The position numbers were made by a program, and so were the translations under genes. A DNA stretch of 64,000 nt, taken from NCBI GenBank assembly GCA_048521445.1, contig DBFZQW010000171.1, positions 21,776 to 85,775 on the forward strand. Direction: 5' to 3'. Positions 1-7,910 of this stretch are shown in pieces; within the stretch, counting starts at the first letter, position 1; each line of letters begins with the position of its first letter. The notes below the pieces were generated by a model, which saw nothing but the letters and a program-made list of their open reading frames with translations, made no database searches and was not told where the DNA came from. The stretch comes from Collinsella sp. GTDB taxonomy: Bacteria > Actinomycetota > Coriobacteriia > Coriobacteriales > Coriobacteriaceae.

Positions 1-110
1 AGACCAAGTACGGCAGACAGACCCCGTGTTGCGAGGTCTGCGGCTACTCAATCGGCGACATGCGGTGGAACCATTGCCCGAAATGCGGGGCGGTGATTAC
101 CGATGATTAG
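1..110 (+). CDS. Partial phage Zn-ribbon protein (3' end)
   Basis: Frame from base 3 reads TKYGRQTPCCEVCGYSIGDMRWNHCPKCGAVITDD*; two CxxC pairs; overlaps the next ATG. Confidence 0.7.
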   Translation, partial: TKYGRQTPCCEVCGYSIGDMRWNHCPKCGAVITDD

Positions 111-471
111 CGACGAGGAACGCCGTAAAGTGGCGGCGCGACTGAGGAACCAACTCACATACATGCGAGAAAACGGGGAGTACTACAAAAACGACCTCGA
201 CCTTGTGGGATGCGGTAACAGTGCCTATCGCAACATCGCGGATTCAGTTGAGAAATACAGCAACAACTTTACTGGCTACTACATCCCCATCGTCGAAAGG
301 CTCGTCGACCTAATCGACATTCCCACATGCGTCATGACAAACGTTGGTGGCGATTTCGAGAACTCATTCCAGTGCTCCAATTGCATGAGCGAGTTCGACA
401 TGCCCGACTACGATCGGTATCCGTACAAGCGCTGTCCTGAGTGCGGGGCGGTGGTAGTTGATGCAGATTAA
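103..471 (+). CDS. Phage hypothetical protein with C-terminal Zn ribbon
   Basis: CSNC...CPECGA; overlaps neighbouring genes. Confidence 0.75.
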   Translation: MISDEERRKVAARLRNQLTYMRENGEYYKNDLDLVGCGNSAYRNIADSVEKYSNNFTGYYIPIVERLVDLIDIPTCVMTNVGGDFENSFQCSNCMSEFDMPDYDRYPYKRCPECGAVVVDAD

Positions 472-733
472 GCCAGAGCTTGAGAAGCAGATTTGCCACC
501 TTCGATATGCCATAAAGGATGCGTACGAATGTGATTTCAGGGGCGCGGCAGCACCGTGCTACTACTTTAAAGCGCTCACTGGAAACCAAAAGGCTATCGG
601 TGCATCGTGCGCGAAATGCCGCGCGGAACGCATGGTGGTTTTCGATGACCACAATTTAGAGGTTGACTGCTACACACTCATGATTATCGACTTCCTGAAA
701 AGCTTCGGCGTGGAGGTGGAAGATGAAGGCTAA
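458..733 (+). CDS. Phage hypothetical protein
   Basis: 91-aa ORF tightly packed in the early-gene run. Confidence 0.6.
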   Translation: MMQIKPELEKQICHLRYAIKDAYECDFRGAAAPCYYFKALTGNQKAIGASCAKCRAERMVVFDDHNLEVDCYTLMIIDFLKSFGVEVEDEG

Positions 734-953
734 GCGCACCGTCTATCTCGTCGTCGACTACGGCGGCGAATGGGAGGACAAATGGGATTCTCCCTATATG
801 GCGTTCGACAACGAGCATGATGCCGAGGTGTGCGCCGAGAAGCGATGTAAGCGCAACAGGTACGACGGTAAGGAATGGCCTGAGACATTTTGGGACGAGT
901 ACAGCTTCTCCGGTGTCGTACCGATCTCAGTGCTCATGGATGTGGTCGAGTGA
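723..953 (+). CDS. Phage hypothetical protein
   Basis: 76-aa ORF with GGAGG SD upstream, overlapping neighbours. Confidence 0.7.
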   Translation: MKAKRTVYLVVDYGGEWEDKWDSPYMAFDNEHDAEVCAEKRCKRNRYDGKEWPETFWDEYSFSGVVPISVLMDVVE

Positions 954-1273
954 GCAGGTATAGGGTCGTGTCTGCGTTGAAGACCGTCAATTATGTCCAT
1001 TACAGCTGGAACATCTACGACGATAGCTGGATGGCGTACATGGTGGACTGCATCGTGTACCCGGACGGCCCGGACGTGTCGCGTCTCGCGTACTTCTACT
1101 TCGACTACAAGGCAAGCAAGTGCGTGCGCCTGCCCGATCGGACTGTCCACGGCGACATATCCGCAGACGATGCCCTCGCGTTCATTCTGGGCAAGCTCGG
1201 CATCGAGGCAGAGAAACCGCAGGAAGGTGGTGGAGGGTGGACATTAAATGCCCCAAGTGCGGACACCAGATAG
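950..1273 (+). CDS. Phage hypothetical protein
   Basis: GTG start overlapping the previous stop (GTGA); ORF open to 1273. Confidence 0.6.
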   Translation: MSRYRVVSALKTVNYVHYSWNIYDDSWMAYMVDCIVYPDGPDVSRLAYFYFDYKASKCVRLPDRTVHGDISADDALAFILGKLGIEAEKPQEGGGGWTLNAPSADTR

Positions 1274-1404
1274 ACCCGTTCTTCTATCGCAACGTTCTTG
1301 ATAGGTCGTTCATTATCCGCGAAAACAAACCAGTCTTGAGCGTAAACACGTTCTACTGTTCGCAATGCGGCCCGACTGTAAGAACCATCAAGAAGATGAA
1401 ATAG
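1237..1404 (+). CDS. Small Zn-ribbon protein
   Basis: MDIKCPKCG...FYCSQCG from GTG 1237, purine-rich SD-like sequence upstream. Confidence 0.6.
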   Translation: MDIKCPKCGHQIDPFFYRNVLDRSFIIRENKPVLSVNTFYCSQCGPTVRTIKKMK

Positions 1405-1419
1405 AAAGGAACTCAACAA

Positions 1420-1839
1420 ATGAATAACCCGAAGCGAACGGTCGCCGCAACGGTGGCCTTTATTTTGGCCGTGGTGGGCATCATCGCCACGCTTGGACTC
1501 TCCGGCTGCACCGAGCGCGGCCAGGTTAGTTACAACCTATCCCAAGATGCCGACAACTTCAACGTTCGCCGCCGAGTGACCGTTATCAACATGCGCTCGG
1601 ACAAGGTGCTGTTGCAGATGGAGGGCTGTCTTTCAATCAAGACCGACACAGACACCAATGAGCTGAACGTTATCGCCGAGCTGCCCAACGGCGAGTACCA
1701 GAAGCATTTCATCTACCTCAATGATTGGACTATGTACACGGTGGAGCAAATCGACTCTACTAAGACCGACAAGTACAACTATGAGTTCAACTTCCTGCCG
1801 CAAGAGCTGCCCGGCGTGAAGATCACAAGCAAGGACTAG
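1420..1839 (+). CDS. Phage lipoprotein of unknown function
   Basis: Hydrophobic signal ending in lipobox LSGC; SD AAAGGA; ADNFNVRRRVTVIN motif like conserved phage lipoproteins. Confidence 0.8.
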   Translation: MNNPKRTVAATVAFILAVVGIIATLGLSGCTERGQVSYNLSQDADNFNVRRRVTVINMRSDKVLLQMEGCLSIKTDTDTNELNVIAELPNGEYQKHFIYLNDWTMYTVEQIDSTKTDKYNYEFNFLPQELPGVKITSKD

Positions 1840-1889
1840 TCGATTGTGAGTGCCCGGCCCTATGCTGGGCACTCCGCTTTGGAGTCAAC

Positions 1890-2087
1890 ATGGCACCGAC
1901 TCTCAGGCGCTGCCCGTTCTGCGGCGGCGAGGTGTACGCCCGTGAGGTCATCATCATCGGCGGCACCGAGGAGTTCGAAATCAGGCACAGCGACGAGGAT
2001 GCGGCCTACAGGGACAACTGCCCGATGGTGGTCGGGCTGTACCCGGACTAGGGCGAGCTGATCGCAGCCTGGAACTGCTCGAAATAG
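1890..2087 (+). pseudogene. Lar (restriction alleviation)-like Zn-ribbon gene interrupted by in-frame TAG at 2049-2051
   Basis: MAPTLRRCPFCGG...GLYPD*GELIAAWNCSK*; GGAG SD; family-typical CPFCG and AxxAWN motifs lie on both sides of the stop. Confidence 0.65.
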
Positions 2088-2123
2088 ACTCAAATATATA
2101 TTTTATTGAAAGGGGGTCACTAT

Positions 2124-2981
2124 ATGGCGGAACGAAGAATGTTCGCCAGAACCATCGTCGAGTCGGACGCCTTTCTCGACATGCCGCTATCGGCGCAGTC
2201 GCTCTACATCCACCTCGGGATGAACGCCGACGACTGGGGCTTCGTCAACAACCCGCGCTCAATCCGCAGGATGTGCGGCGCGTCGGAGGACGATTTGCGG
2301 CTGCTGGTGGCGAAGAAGTTCATCCTGACGTTCGACTCCGGCGCGGCGGTCATCAAGTCGTGGTGGGTCAACAACTACGTCCGGTCGGACAGGCGCCACG
2401 CAACTCGCTACCCAGACGAGTTAGCCACGCTTTACATTGACGAGAACAAATCGTACACGACGAGGGACACGGGCTTACCTGCGGATATGTTCAAGCCGGT
2501 AGCCAAAGTGGATACACTTGGTAGCCAACTGGTAGACAAACTGGAGACACCTGACTGTCAGTTGGTAGACAAAATGGATACCGAGGTTAGGTTAGGTAAG
2601 GTTAGGTTAGGAGAGAGTACTAGTAACTCCTCTAGGGTTGATACTCAACCTAATCCCAAGGGTTTTGGCGCGTGCGCGCCCGAACAACCGAAAAAACGGC
2701 GGGCGAAGAAGTTCGTGAAGCCGTCCGTCGAGGAGGTCGCCGAGTACGCCGAGGGCTTCATCAAATCCAGAAACCTGCGATTAACAGGGGAAACGTTCCG
2801 AGCCGAAAGGTTCGTCTCGTGGTACGATGCTAACGGCTGGAAAGTCGGCAAGAACCCGATGAAGGACTGGAAGGGAGCGGTCAGGACATGGATTTTCAAG
2901 GACTACGTGGACGATTCCGCGACCGCTACGGCGGCTGACGCCCAGTCGCTCGACGCCTTCGACTTCGCCGGGACGCTGTGA
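2124..2981 (+). CDS. Phage replication initiator (replisome organizer)
   Basis: N-terminus MAERRMFARTIVESDAFLDMPLSAQSLY...ADDWGF; C-terminal NGWKVGKNPMKDWKGAVRTW; directly upstream of DnaC-like ATPase. Confidence 0.9.
   Translation: MAERRMFARTIVESDAFLDMPLSAQSLYIHLGMNADDWGFVNNPRSIRRMCGASEDDLRLLVAKKFILTFDSGAAVIKSWWVNNYVRSDRRHATRYPDELATLYIDENKSYTTRDTGLPADMFKPVAKVDTLGSQLVDKLETPDCQLVDKMDTEVRLGKVRLGESTSNSSRVDTQPNPKGFGACAPEQPKKRRAKKFVKPSVEEVAEYAEGFIKSRNLRLTGETFRAERFVSWYDANGWKVGKNPMKDWKGAVRTWIFKDYVDDSATATAADAQSLDAFDFAGTL
2498..2611. repeat. Iteron-like repeats inside replication initiator gene (candidate phage origin)
   Basis: Four GGTAG(C/A)CAA copies, three followed by TGGA(T/G)AC; CTGACTGTCAG palindrome at 2551-2561; (AGGTT)n run at 2584-2611. 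Confidence 0.75.
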
Positions 2982-3664
2982 TGGAGCCGAGGACATGTCC
3001 CACCTGCGGTTTCCCCGTGGAGCGCAGGGTCTGGGACGTGGACCGCGAGCTGCTGATTCCCTGCAAGTGCAGGTGCTCGACGCTCGATTCGCGCAGGTCG
3101 GAGTGCTTCCCCGTCCCAGAGATGGCGTCACAGACCTTCGCCGCCGACGACGGCAAGTTCGGCTCCGACGTGGTCGAGAAGTGCAGGAAGTACGCCGACA
3201 AGCTGCCGGGGCTTCACTCGGGGCTGCTGCTGTTCGGGCCTCCCGACAGCGGCAAGACGTTCCTCAGCTGCTGCATCGCCAACGCGGCGCTGGAGAAGGG
3301 CATGAGGGTGCTGATGCGCTCGATGCCGTGGGTTCTCAGCCGCAAGTACGGCGAGGTGGCCGGCACGATCGAGGAGCTTGGGCACGCCGAGCTTCTGGTG
3401 CTCGACGACCTCGGGGCGGAGCGTGCCACCGACTACGGCCGCGAAATCGTCTACAGCGTCATCGACACCCGCTACCAGAGCCGAAAGCCGACCGTCGTCA
3501 GCACGAACCTGACGAGGACGGAGCTGGCGGCACCCGACGACATGGCCTGCAGGAGGACGTACAGCCGAGTCCTCGAGATGTGCCTGCCGCTGGAGGTGGA
3601 CACGGGCCGAAGGCGCTCGACCCGAGAGCGCTACGCAGACATGGCCAAGGAGTTCGGCTGGTGA
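2978..3664 (+). CDS. DnaC/IstB-like helicase-loader ATPase
   Basis: Walker A GPPDSGKT, Walker B LLVLDDLG, STNL and SRVLEMC motifs. Confidence 0.9.
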   Translation: MMEPRTCPTCGFPVERRVWDVDRELLIPCKCRCSTLDSRRSECFPVPEMASQTFAADDGKFGSDVVEKCRKYADKLPGLHSGLLLFGPPDSGKTFLSCCIANAALEKGMRVLMRSMPWVLSRKYGEVAGTIEELGHAELLVLDDLGAERATDYGREIVYSVIDTRYQSRKPTVVSTNLTRTELAAPDDMACRRTYSRVLEMCLPLEVDTGRRRSTRERYADMAKEFGW

Positions 3665-3707
3665 GCATATCGCTCAAATGGGCTTAGAAAGCCACAGGAT
3701 TTGATTT

Positions 3708-3752
3708 AAGGGCACTTTCTGGTTTGAAACCAGTCAGTGTCCTTTTTTGTTT
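3708..3752 (+). terminator. Putative intrinsic terminator after replication genes
   Basis: AAGGGCACT...AGTGTCCTT stem with inner CTGGTTT/AAACCAG, followed by a T tract. Confidence 0.5.
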
Positions 3753-3799
3753 AAAACGGGGCCTTAAAACGGCTCTCATTCGTTCGGAAGGAAGTTCTG

Positions 3800-4024
3800 T
3801 TGGACGAGACTGAAACCAAGGCATCGCTCGTGAAGCAAATCGTCGGCATGATCGCCGCCATCGTCGGCATAGTCATCGTCATCGTCGCCCTGCTCTTGGC
3901 TGAGGCGTGGGTAGTATCCATGCTGCTTTCCATCGCGTTCGGCGTCGAGTGCATGAACCTGTGGGCGCTCGCAGGACTAATCGCCCTGTTCAACCTGTCC
4001 GTCCACGCCAAGAGCGGCCGCTAG
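3800..4024 (+). CDS. Small membrane protein
   Basis: Two hydrophobic segments; GGAAGGA SD before TTG. Confidence 0.6.
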   Translation: MDETETKASLVKQIVGMIAAIVGIVIVIVALLLAEAWVVSMLLSIAFGVECMNLWALAGLIALFNLSVHAKSGR

Positions 4025-4377
4025 TGCTGCGCCAGGGCGAAATCAGCCAGTCGCTCCACGACTTTCGCGGCTACCAGGTCACCGCTCGCTCGCTGGAGCG
4101 CCTGAAACGGCAGCTCAAGACCACCAAGCCGCAGGTCGGCAAGGAGCGAATCGGCTGGTGCATCGACAGGTGCGAGGAGATTCTGGACAGGGCGTGGGAC
4201 GACGTCGCAGAAATCGAGTGGACGTGCGGCGACACCGCCTGCCAGCTGGTCGTGCGCCACTTCCTGTTCGACGAGGACTGGCACGACGTGTCCGCCGACA
4301 TGGGCATACCCTACGACAAGGCCAAGAAGATCGCCTACGCGGCCATCAAGTCGCTCGACTCAAGAGACGTTTGTTAG
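4024..4377 (+). CDS. Putative phage late transcription activator (RinA/ArpU-like C-terminal HTH)
   Basis: C-terminal LVVRHFLFDEDWHDVSADMGIPYDKAKKIAYAAI resembles sigma-region-4-like HTH; lies between replication and packaging genes. Confidence 0.55.
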   Translation: MLRQGEISQSLHDFRGYQVTARSLERLKRQLKTTKPQVGKERIGWCIDRCEEILDRAWDDVAEIEWTCGDTACQLVVRHFLFDEDWHDVSADMGIPYDKAKKIAYAAIKSLDSRDVC

Positions 4378-4419
4378 ACCCCGTATGCGAGACTCGCTCA
4401 TAGGATTTATTGATAGGGG

Positions 4420-4617
4420 GTGAAGGTGAAGCGATGCAACTACTGCGGTCGGTTGCTGGAGGCGTCCGAGTTCAACCGCAACCGCGCCAACGCCGACGGG
4501 CTGCAGCGCAAGTGCCGCGAGTGCCAGCACGCCGACAACAGGCGCATGGCCAGCGTGTTCGGCTACGCGCGGTACAACCGCTACATCAGCCACGGACGCT
4601 ACGCCGACTGCCCGTGA
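4420..4617 (+). CDS. Small Zn-finger protein
   Basis: KRCNYCGRLLEASEF...DGLQRKCREC pattern. Confidence 0.7.
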   Translation: MKVKRCNYCGRLLEASEFNRNRANADGLQRKCRECQHADNRRMASVFGYARYNRYISHGRYADCP

Positions 4618-4988
4618 TGTCGTGGTATCCGCAGCCGATCGGCGAGCTGGACAGCCCCAGGGTGCGCAGGCTCACGGACTCGTGCGGGGCCGAGGGCGCA
4701 GGCGTTTGGCTGGCCGCCAAGTGCGAGCTGTACCGCGCCGCCGCCGAGGGCCTGGAGCTAACGTTCGACGAGCTGTCCCGTTCCGTTTCCCGTGATTTGG
4801 GCATCAGCCGGAAAAAGTCGCAAAGCGTGCTGGAGACCGCCGCCAAGTGCGGCGTTTTCGAGGTGAAAAACGACGAGAAGCGAACGGTTTCGGGCTATGG
4901 GTTCCAGCAGGAGGTCGAGAGATATAACAGCATCTCCGACCAGCGTAAACGCGCCGCCAACGCCCGTTGGTGGAACGATAAAGTATAG
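4617..4988 (+). CDS. DUF4373/YdaU-like replication-protein N-terminal domain (short)
   Basis: DSPRVRRL...GAEGAGVW...ELY and terminal RKRAANARW resemble phage replication-protein N-domains; ATG overlaps previous TGA. Confidence 0.55.
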   Translation: MSWYPQPIGELDSPRVRRLTDSCGAEGAGVWLAAKCELYRAAAEGLELTFDELSRSVSRDLGISRKKSQSVLETAAKCGVFEVKNDEKRTVSGYGFQQEVERYNSISDQRKRAANARWWNDKV

Positions 4989-5068
4989 GTAATACCCGTT
5001 CATAGGAGGTATGCAAATGCATATGCACTTGCATTGCCATAGCATAGCATTACATTACAGGCAGAGCA

Positions 5069-5431
5069 TTGTCTAGGCGTCCCGGGGGCATACTGGCGTC
5101 CCTGACGGTCGGCGAGCTGGCGTTCCTGCGGGTCGTGGGCCGCTGGCACCGCGACGGCTCCCCGTTCTGCTCCACGGAGGTCACCCGCAGGGGCAGGGAC
5201 GAGGACATGAGGCTGTTCCGCAGCATGGGCAGGGACGGAATCGCCGAGGTGTGCGACGGGCTGATGTCCAAGGGCCTCCTGAGACGTGAGAGGGGCACCC
5301 ACAGGTACTCGCTCACCGAGCGCGGGGCAGGGGGGTACGCGGAGTTCAGGGAGTACTCTCCTGAGCTTCTGCGGGACTCTAGGGGAATGGTGCTGCCGAG
5401 ACGAGATGCAGCGACGGAGGATGAAGCATGA
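5069..5431 (+). CDS. Phage hypothetical protein (possible winged helix)
   Basis: LMSKGLL...RYSLTERG pattern; overlaps terS start. Confidence 0.5.
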   Translation: MSRRPGGILASLTVGELAFLRVVGRWHRDGSPFCSTEVTRRGRDEDMRLFRSMGRDGIAEVCDGLMSKGLLRRERGTHRYSLTERGAGGYAEFREYSPELLRDSRGMVLPRRDAATEDEA

Positions 5432-5976
5432 CCCAAGGTAGGTACGGGAACAGCCCGAACACGCAGACGCCCGCGAACAACAGCGAGACGATCAGCATGA
5501 TTCGTGAGCTTATCAGGTGGCCGACCATCGACCCGGGCGACCCCGAGCAGCTGATGCAGCGGTTCGAGGACTACTGCGACCTTTGCGAGCGCCACGACTC
5601 CAAGATTCTGGTGAGCGGCATGTGCCAGAGCTTCGGCATGACCCGCAACGACGTCATGGACTGGGCGAAGGGCAAGAGGACTAGGCTGGATAAGATGCTG
5701 AGCACCGAATCTGCTGCGGTTTTGAAAAATATTTTGCAAAGTTTGGAAGTTTCTTGGGAATCGGCGATGCAGAATAACGGCTACCGCAACCCGGTAACAG
5801 GAATCTTTCTCGGTAAGAACAATTTCGGCTACAGGGACGAGTCCCAGACGGTCATCAAGCACGAAGATGCAGCTCAGGGGCCTACCAAGGCCGAGCTGGA
5901 GGCCAAGTACATGGCCGCGCTGCCAGCCGAGGACGTGACGATCGAGAAGGTCGAGGAGCTGCCGCCGAGCGACTAG
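5428..5976 (+). CDS. Terminase small subunit-like DNA packaging protein
   Basis: HTH-like SGMCQSFGMTRNDVMDW and GIFLGKNNFGYRD motif typical of P22 gp3-like small terminases. Confidence 0.75.
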   Translation: MTQGRYGNSPNTQTPANNSETISMIRELIRWPTIDPGDPEQLMQRFEDYCDLCERHDSKILVSGMCQSFGMTRNDVMDWAKGKRTRLDKMLSTESAAVLKNILQSLEVSWESAMQNNGYRNPVTGIFLGKNNFGYRDESQTVIKHEDAAQGPTKAELEAKYMAALPAEDVTIEKVEELPPSD

Positions 5977-5982
5977 AAAAAG

Positions 5983-6019
5983 AAAGACCCCCTGCAATAA
6001 ACGCAGAGGGGTCTTTTTT
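5983..6019 (+). terminator. Intrinsic terminator (possibly bidirectional)
   Basis: AAAGACCCC-CTGC...GCAG-A-GGGGTCTTT stem flanked by A and T tracts. Confidence 0.8.
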
Positions 6020-6023
6020 GTGC

Positions 6024-6142
6024 CGACTTTCGGGGCCACTAACGACTTTCGCGGCCACTATAGGGATGTCACGACTTTCGCAGCCACTAAGGGAGGAAAA
6101 TCCGCTTGGGCGCTGCGACTGTCACGACTTTCGCGCGCACTA
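6024..6142. repeat. Four 18-bp direct repeats CGACTTTCGnnnnCACTA
   Basis: Copies at 6024-6041, 6043-6060, 6072-6089 and 6125-6142. Confidence 0.9.
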
Positions 6143-6557
6143 TAGGGTTTTCTGGTTCTGGCTTTCTGGCTATGGCGCAAACTGGCTGAGGAACAGCCGT
6201 TTTCCGTGTCCGCAGTTTTGGTGCGATCGGGCGTGTTTTGGTGGTTTTACCTGCTATATCCGCGTTAACGGGCCGCGTCTGATATGCCCGTATGAGGCGC
6301 TACAATGCCCCAAAAACGGGCGTAAAAACGTTGGCGGTGTAGCAGTGCTCATGGCGTGAAAACGGGGCTAGAATCGCCGTAGAAACGCGCTAGAACGGGG
6401 CGCTGATATGCCGAGCGCGGGCGTTACGCAGGTGTAGGAGTCTCCATAGGTTGAACACAAACGGCCCTGCCATATAGGCGCGTCTGTGGCACTGGTAACG
6501 AGGATCAGAAACGAAAAACGGCCCACGGTGTAGGCCGTGAGCCGTTGCAGGAGGCAT

Positions 6558-6589
6558 AAAAACGGCCCCGACAAACGCCGGGGCCGTTT
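6558..6589 (-). terminator. Intrinsic terminator of the minus-strand island
   Basis: AAACGGCCCCG/CGGGGCCGTTT stem immediately after the stop at 6592. Confidence 0.75.
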
Positions 6590-6591
6590 GG

Positions 6592-6684
6592 CTAGTTGTA
6601 TTTGAGTAGGAAAACTAAAACGATAACGGGCAGGATAACGGGGGCCAACGCCAACGCTAGCAGGTAGATAAAGACGTTTCGCAC
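6592..6684 (-). CDS. 30-aa hydrophobic peptide (not in ORF track)
   Basis: MRNVFIYLLALALAPVILPVIVLVFLLKYN*; GGAGGTG SD 6 nt upstream of GTG. Confidence 0.7.
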   Translation of the reverse strand: MRNVFIYLLALALAPVILPVIVLVFLLKYN

Positions 6685-6696
6685 GGGCTACACCTC

Positions 6697-6813
6697 CTAG
6701 TTATTGAGGATTGAAAAAACGACGGCGACAACGGCGCACGCTGCAACGCCAACGGCAACGCCTAACCAGTACGCGTACCAGGTCGACGTCTTGGCAAGCT
6801 CAAACAGCATCAT
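6697..6813 (-). CDS. 38-aa single-pass membrane peptide
   Basis: MMLFELAKTSTWYAYWLGVAVGVAACAVVAVVFSILNN*; GGAGG SD. Confidence 0.65.
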   Translation of the reverse strand: MMLFELAKTSTWYAYWLGVAVGVAACAVVAVVFSILNN

Positions 6814-7028
6814 TCGGCCTCCCAATAATCGGAGAACATAAAGAAACATATCGAATAAATGGCGACGTCGTCGAAGGGGTCTACCGACGTTGTACCGGCG
6901 TCGCCTGCAGGCTCCCAGATACCGCCGTGGCACTCCTCGACGGCTATCAGATAGCGCCCGGGCGCGGCCGTGGTGTATACGGCCGCGCGAACGTTGGCAA
7001 CTAGTGGAACGGTGTGAACTGGACCCAT
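6810..7028 (-). CDS. Hypothetical protein
   Basis: 72-aa ORF packed between neighbours, GAGGT SD. Confidence 0.55.
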   Translation of the reverse strand: MGPVHTVPLVANVRAAVYTTAAPGRYLIAVEECHGGIWEPAGDAGTTSVDPFDDVAIYSICFFMFSDYWEAE

Positions 7029-7030
7029 TG

Positions 7031-7831
7031 CTAGTACCTCGCACTATATGCGCGGTTGTATGCCTCGCGAGCGTCTGAAAACATGCTGCAAGGCTCGTAT
7101 AGCTTTTTGATCCTCGCCTGGTATTTATCGCGTTCGTCGTGCAGTTTCTGCTTTAGCGTGAGCATCTTTTTTGCGGCCGCGCGTATTTCCGTCGTCGTAG
7201 GGATATGCTCGTTTTGCTCCAGGTGCGTAACGTTGATGGTAACGGTATCGTTTGCGGCACGGTCGAACATATCGAACCGGTACGCGTTGTTATACGACTC
7301 ACGGCCAAGACTCACGTATAGCTGCACGTATCCGCCAAACGTTCCGTTGTAGATACTCACGTTTGCAGGGCCGTCGACATACTCACGGGCGCCGGAGACG
7401 CGCGCGCCTCCTAACTCCTCCTCGATGGCCATAGTAACGCGCCTGACCTGCTTATATCCGGCGTTCGCGCCGTTTAGGTACTGGGCGTTTAGGTTTACAA
7501 GCTCGACGGCCGCGCTTGCATAGTGCAGGCGCGCGGCGTGCTTGTAACCCTCAATCAGGTATTTTGAGTACCGCGCGGCCGCGTCGAGTTCGTTGGTGGC
7601 GTCCTCAATCTTTTTCAGTTCGGCGTGCTTTTCCTCCCAGTCTTCGCCGCTGCGTTTGGCCTGCATATAAGCATCGAGCGCGGCGCTATGCTGTTTCATG
7701 AGGTCCGACATACTAGCCTCGTGAGTGTCGAGCACTACTTTTTCAGCGTCTGCGAGGTCGAGCATATGCGCGGCCTGCTTGACGGCCTTTTTAACGTCGT
7801 CGTTGGTTTCAAGCGTGGTAAACTTCTTCAT
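7031..7831 (-). CDS. Hypothetical helical protein
   Basis: 266 aa, AGGAGG SD, coiled-coil-like stretches. Confidence 0.8.
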   Translation of the reverse strand: MKKFTTLETNDDVKKAVKQAAHMLDLADAEKVVLDTHEASMSDLMKQHSAALDAYMQAKRSGEDWEEKHAELKKIEDATNELDAAARYSKYLIEGYKHAARLHYASAAVELVNLNAQYLNGANAGYKQVRRVTMAIEEELGGARVSGAREYVDGPANVSIYNGTFGGYVQLYVSLGRESYNNAYRFDMFDRAANDTVTINVTHLEQNEHIPTTTEIRAAAKKMLTLKQKLHDERDKYQARIKKLYEPCSMFSDAREAYNRAYSARY

Positions 7832-7910
7832 GGTATGCCCTCCTATGCGTACCGTGGCCCGTTCGAGTACCAGCCGAGCGGGCCGTTTTTATATGTTGGG
7901 AAAATGCCGG

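Noticed and set aside
2049..2051. Genome-wide TAG recoding in the phage
   Set aside because: Capsid, tail tube, tape measure, DGR target and avd genes all end normally at TAG.
6024..6142. Repeats as a CRISPR array
   Set aside because: Repeats are only 18 bp with a variable centre, spacers are 1, 11 and 35 nt, and no cas genes are present.
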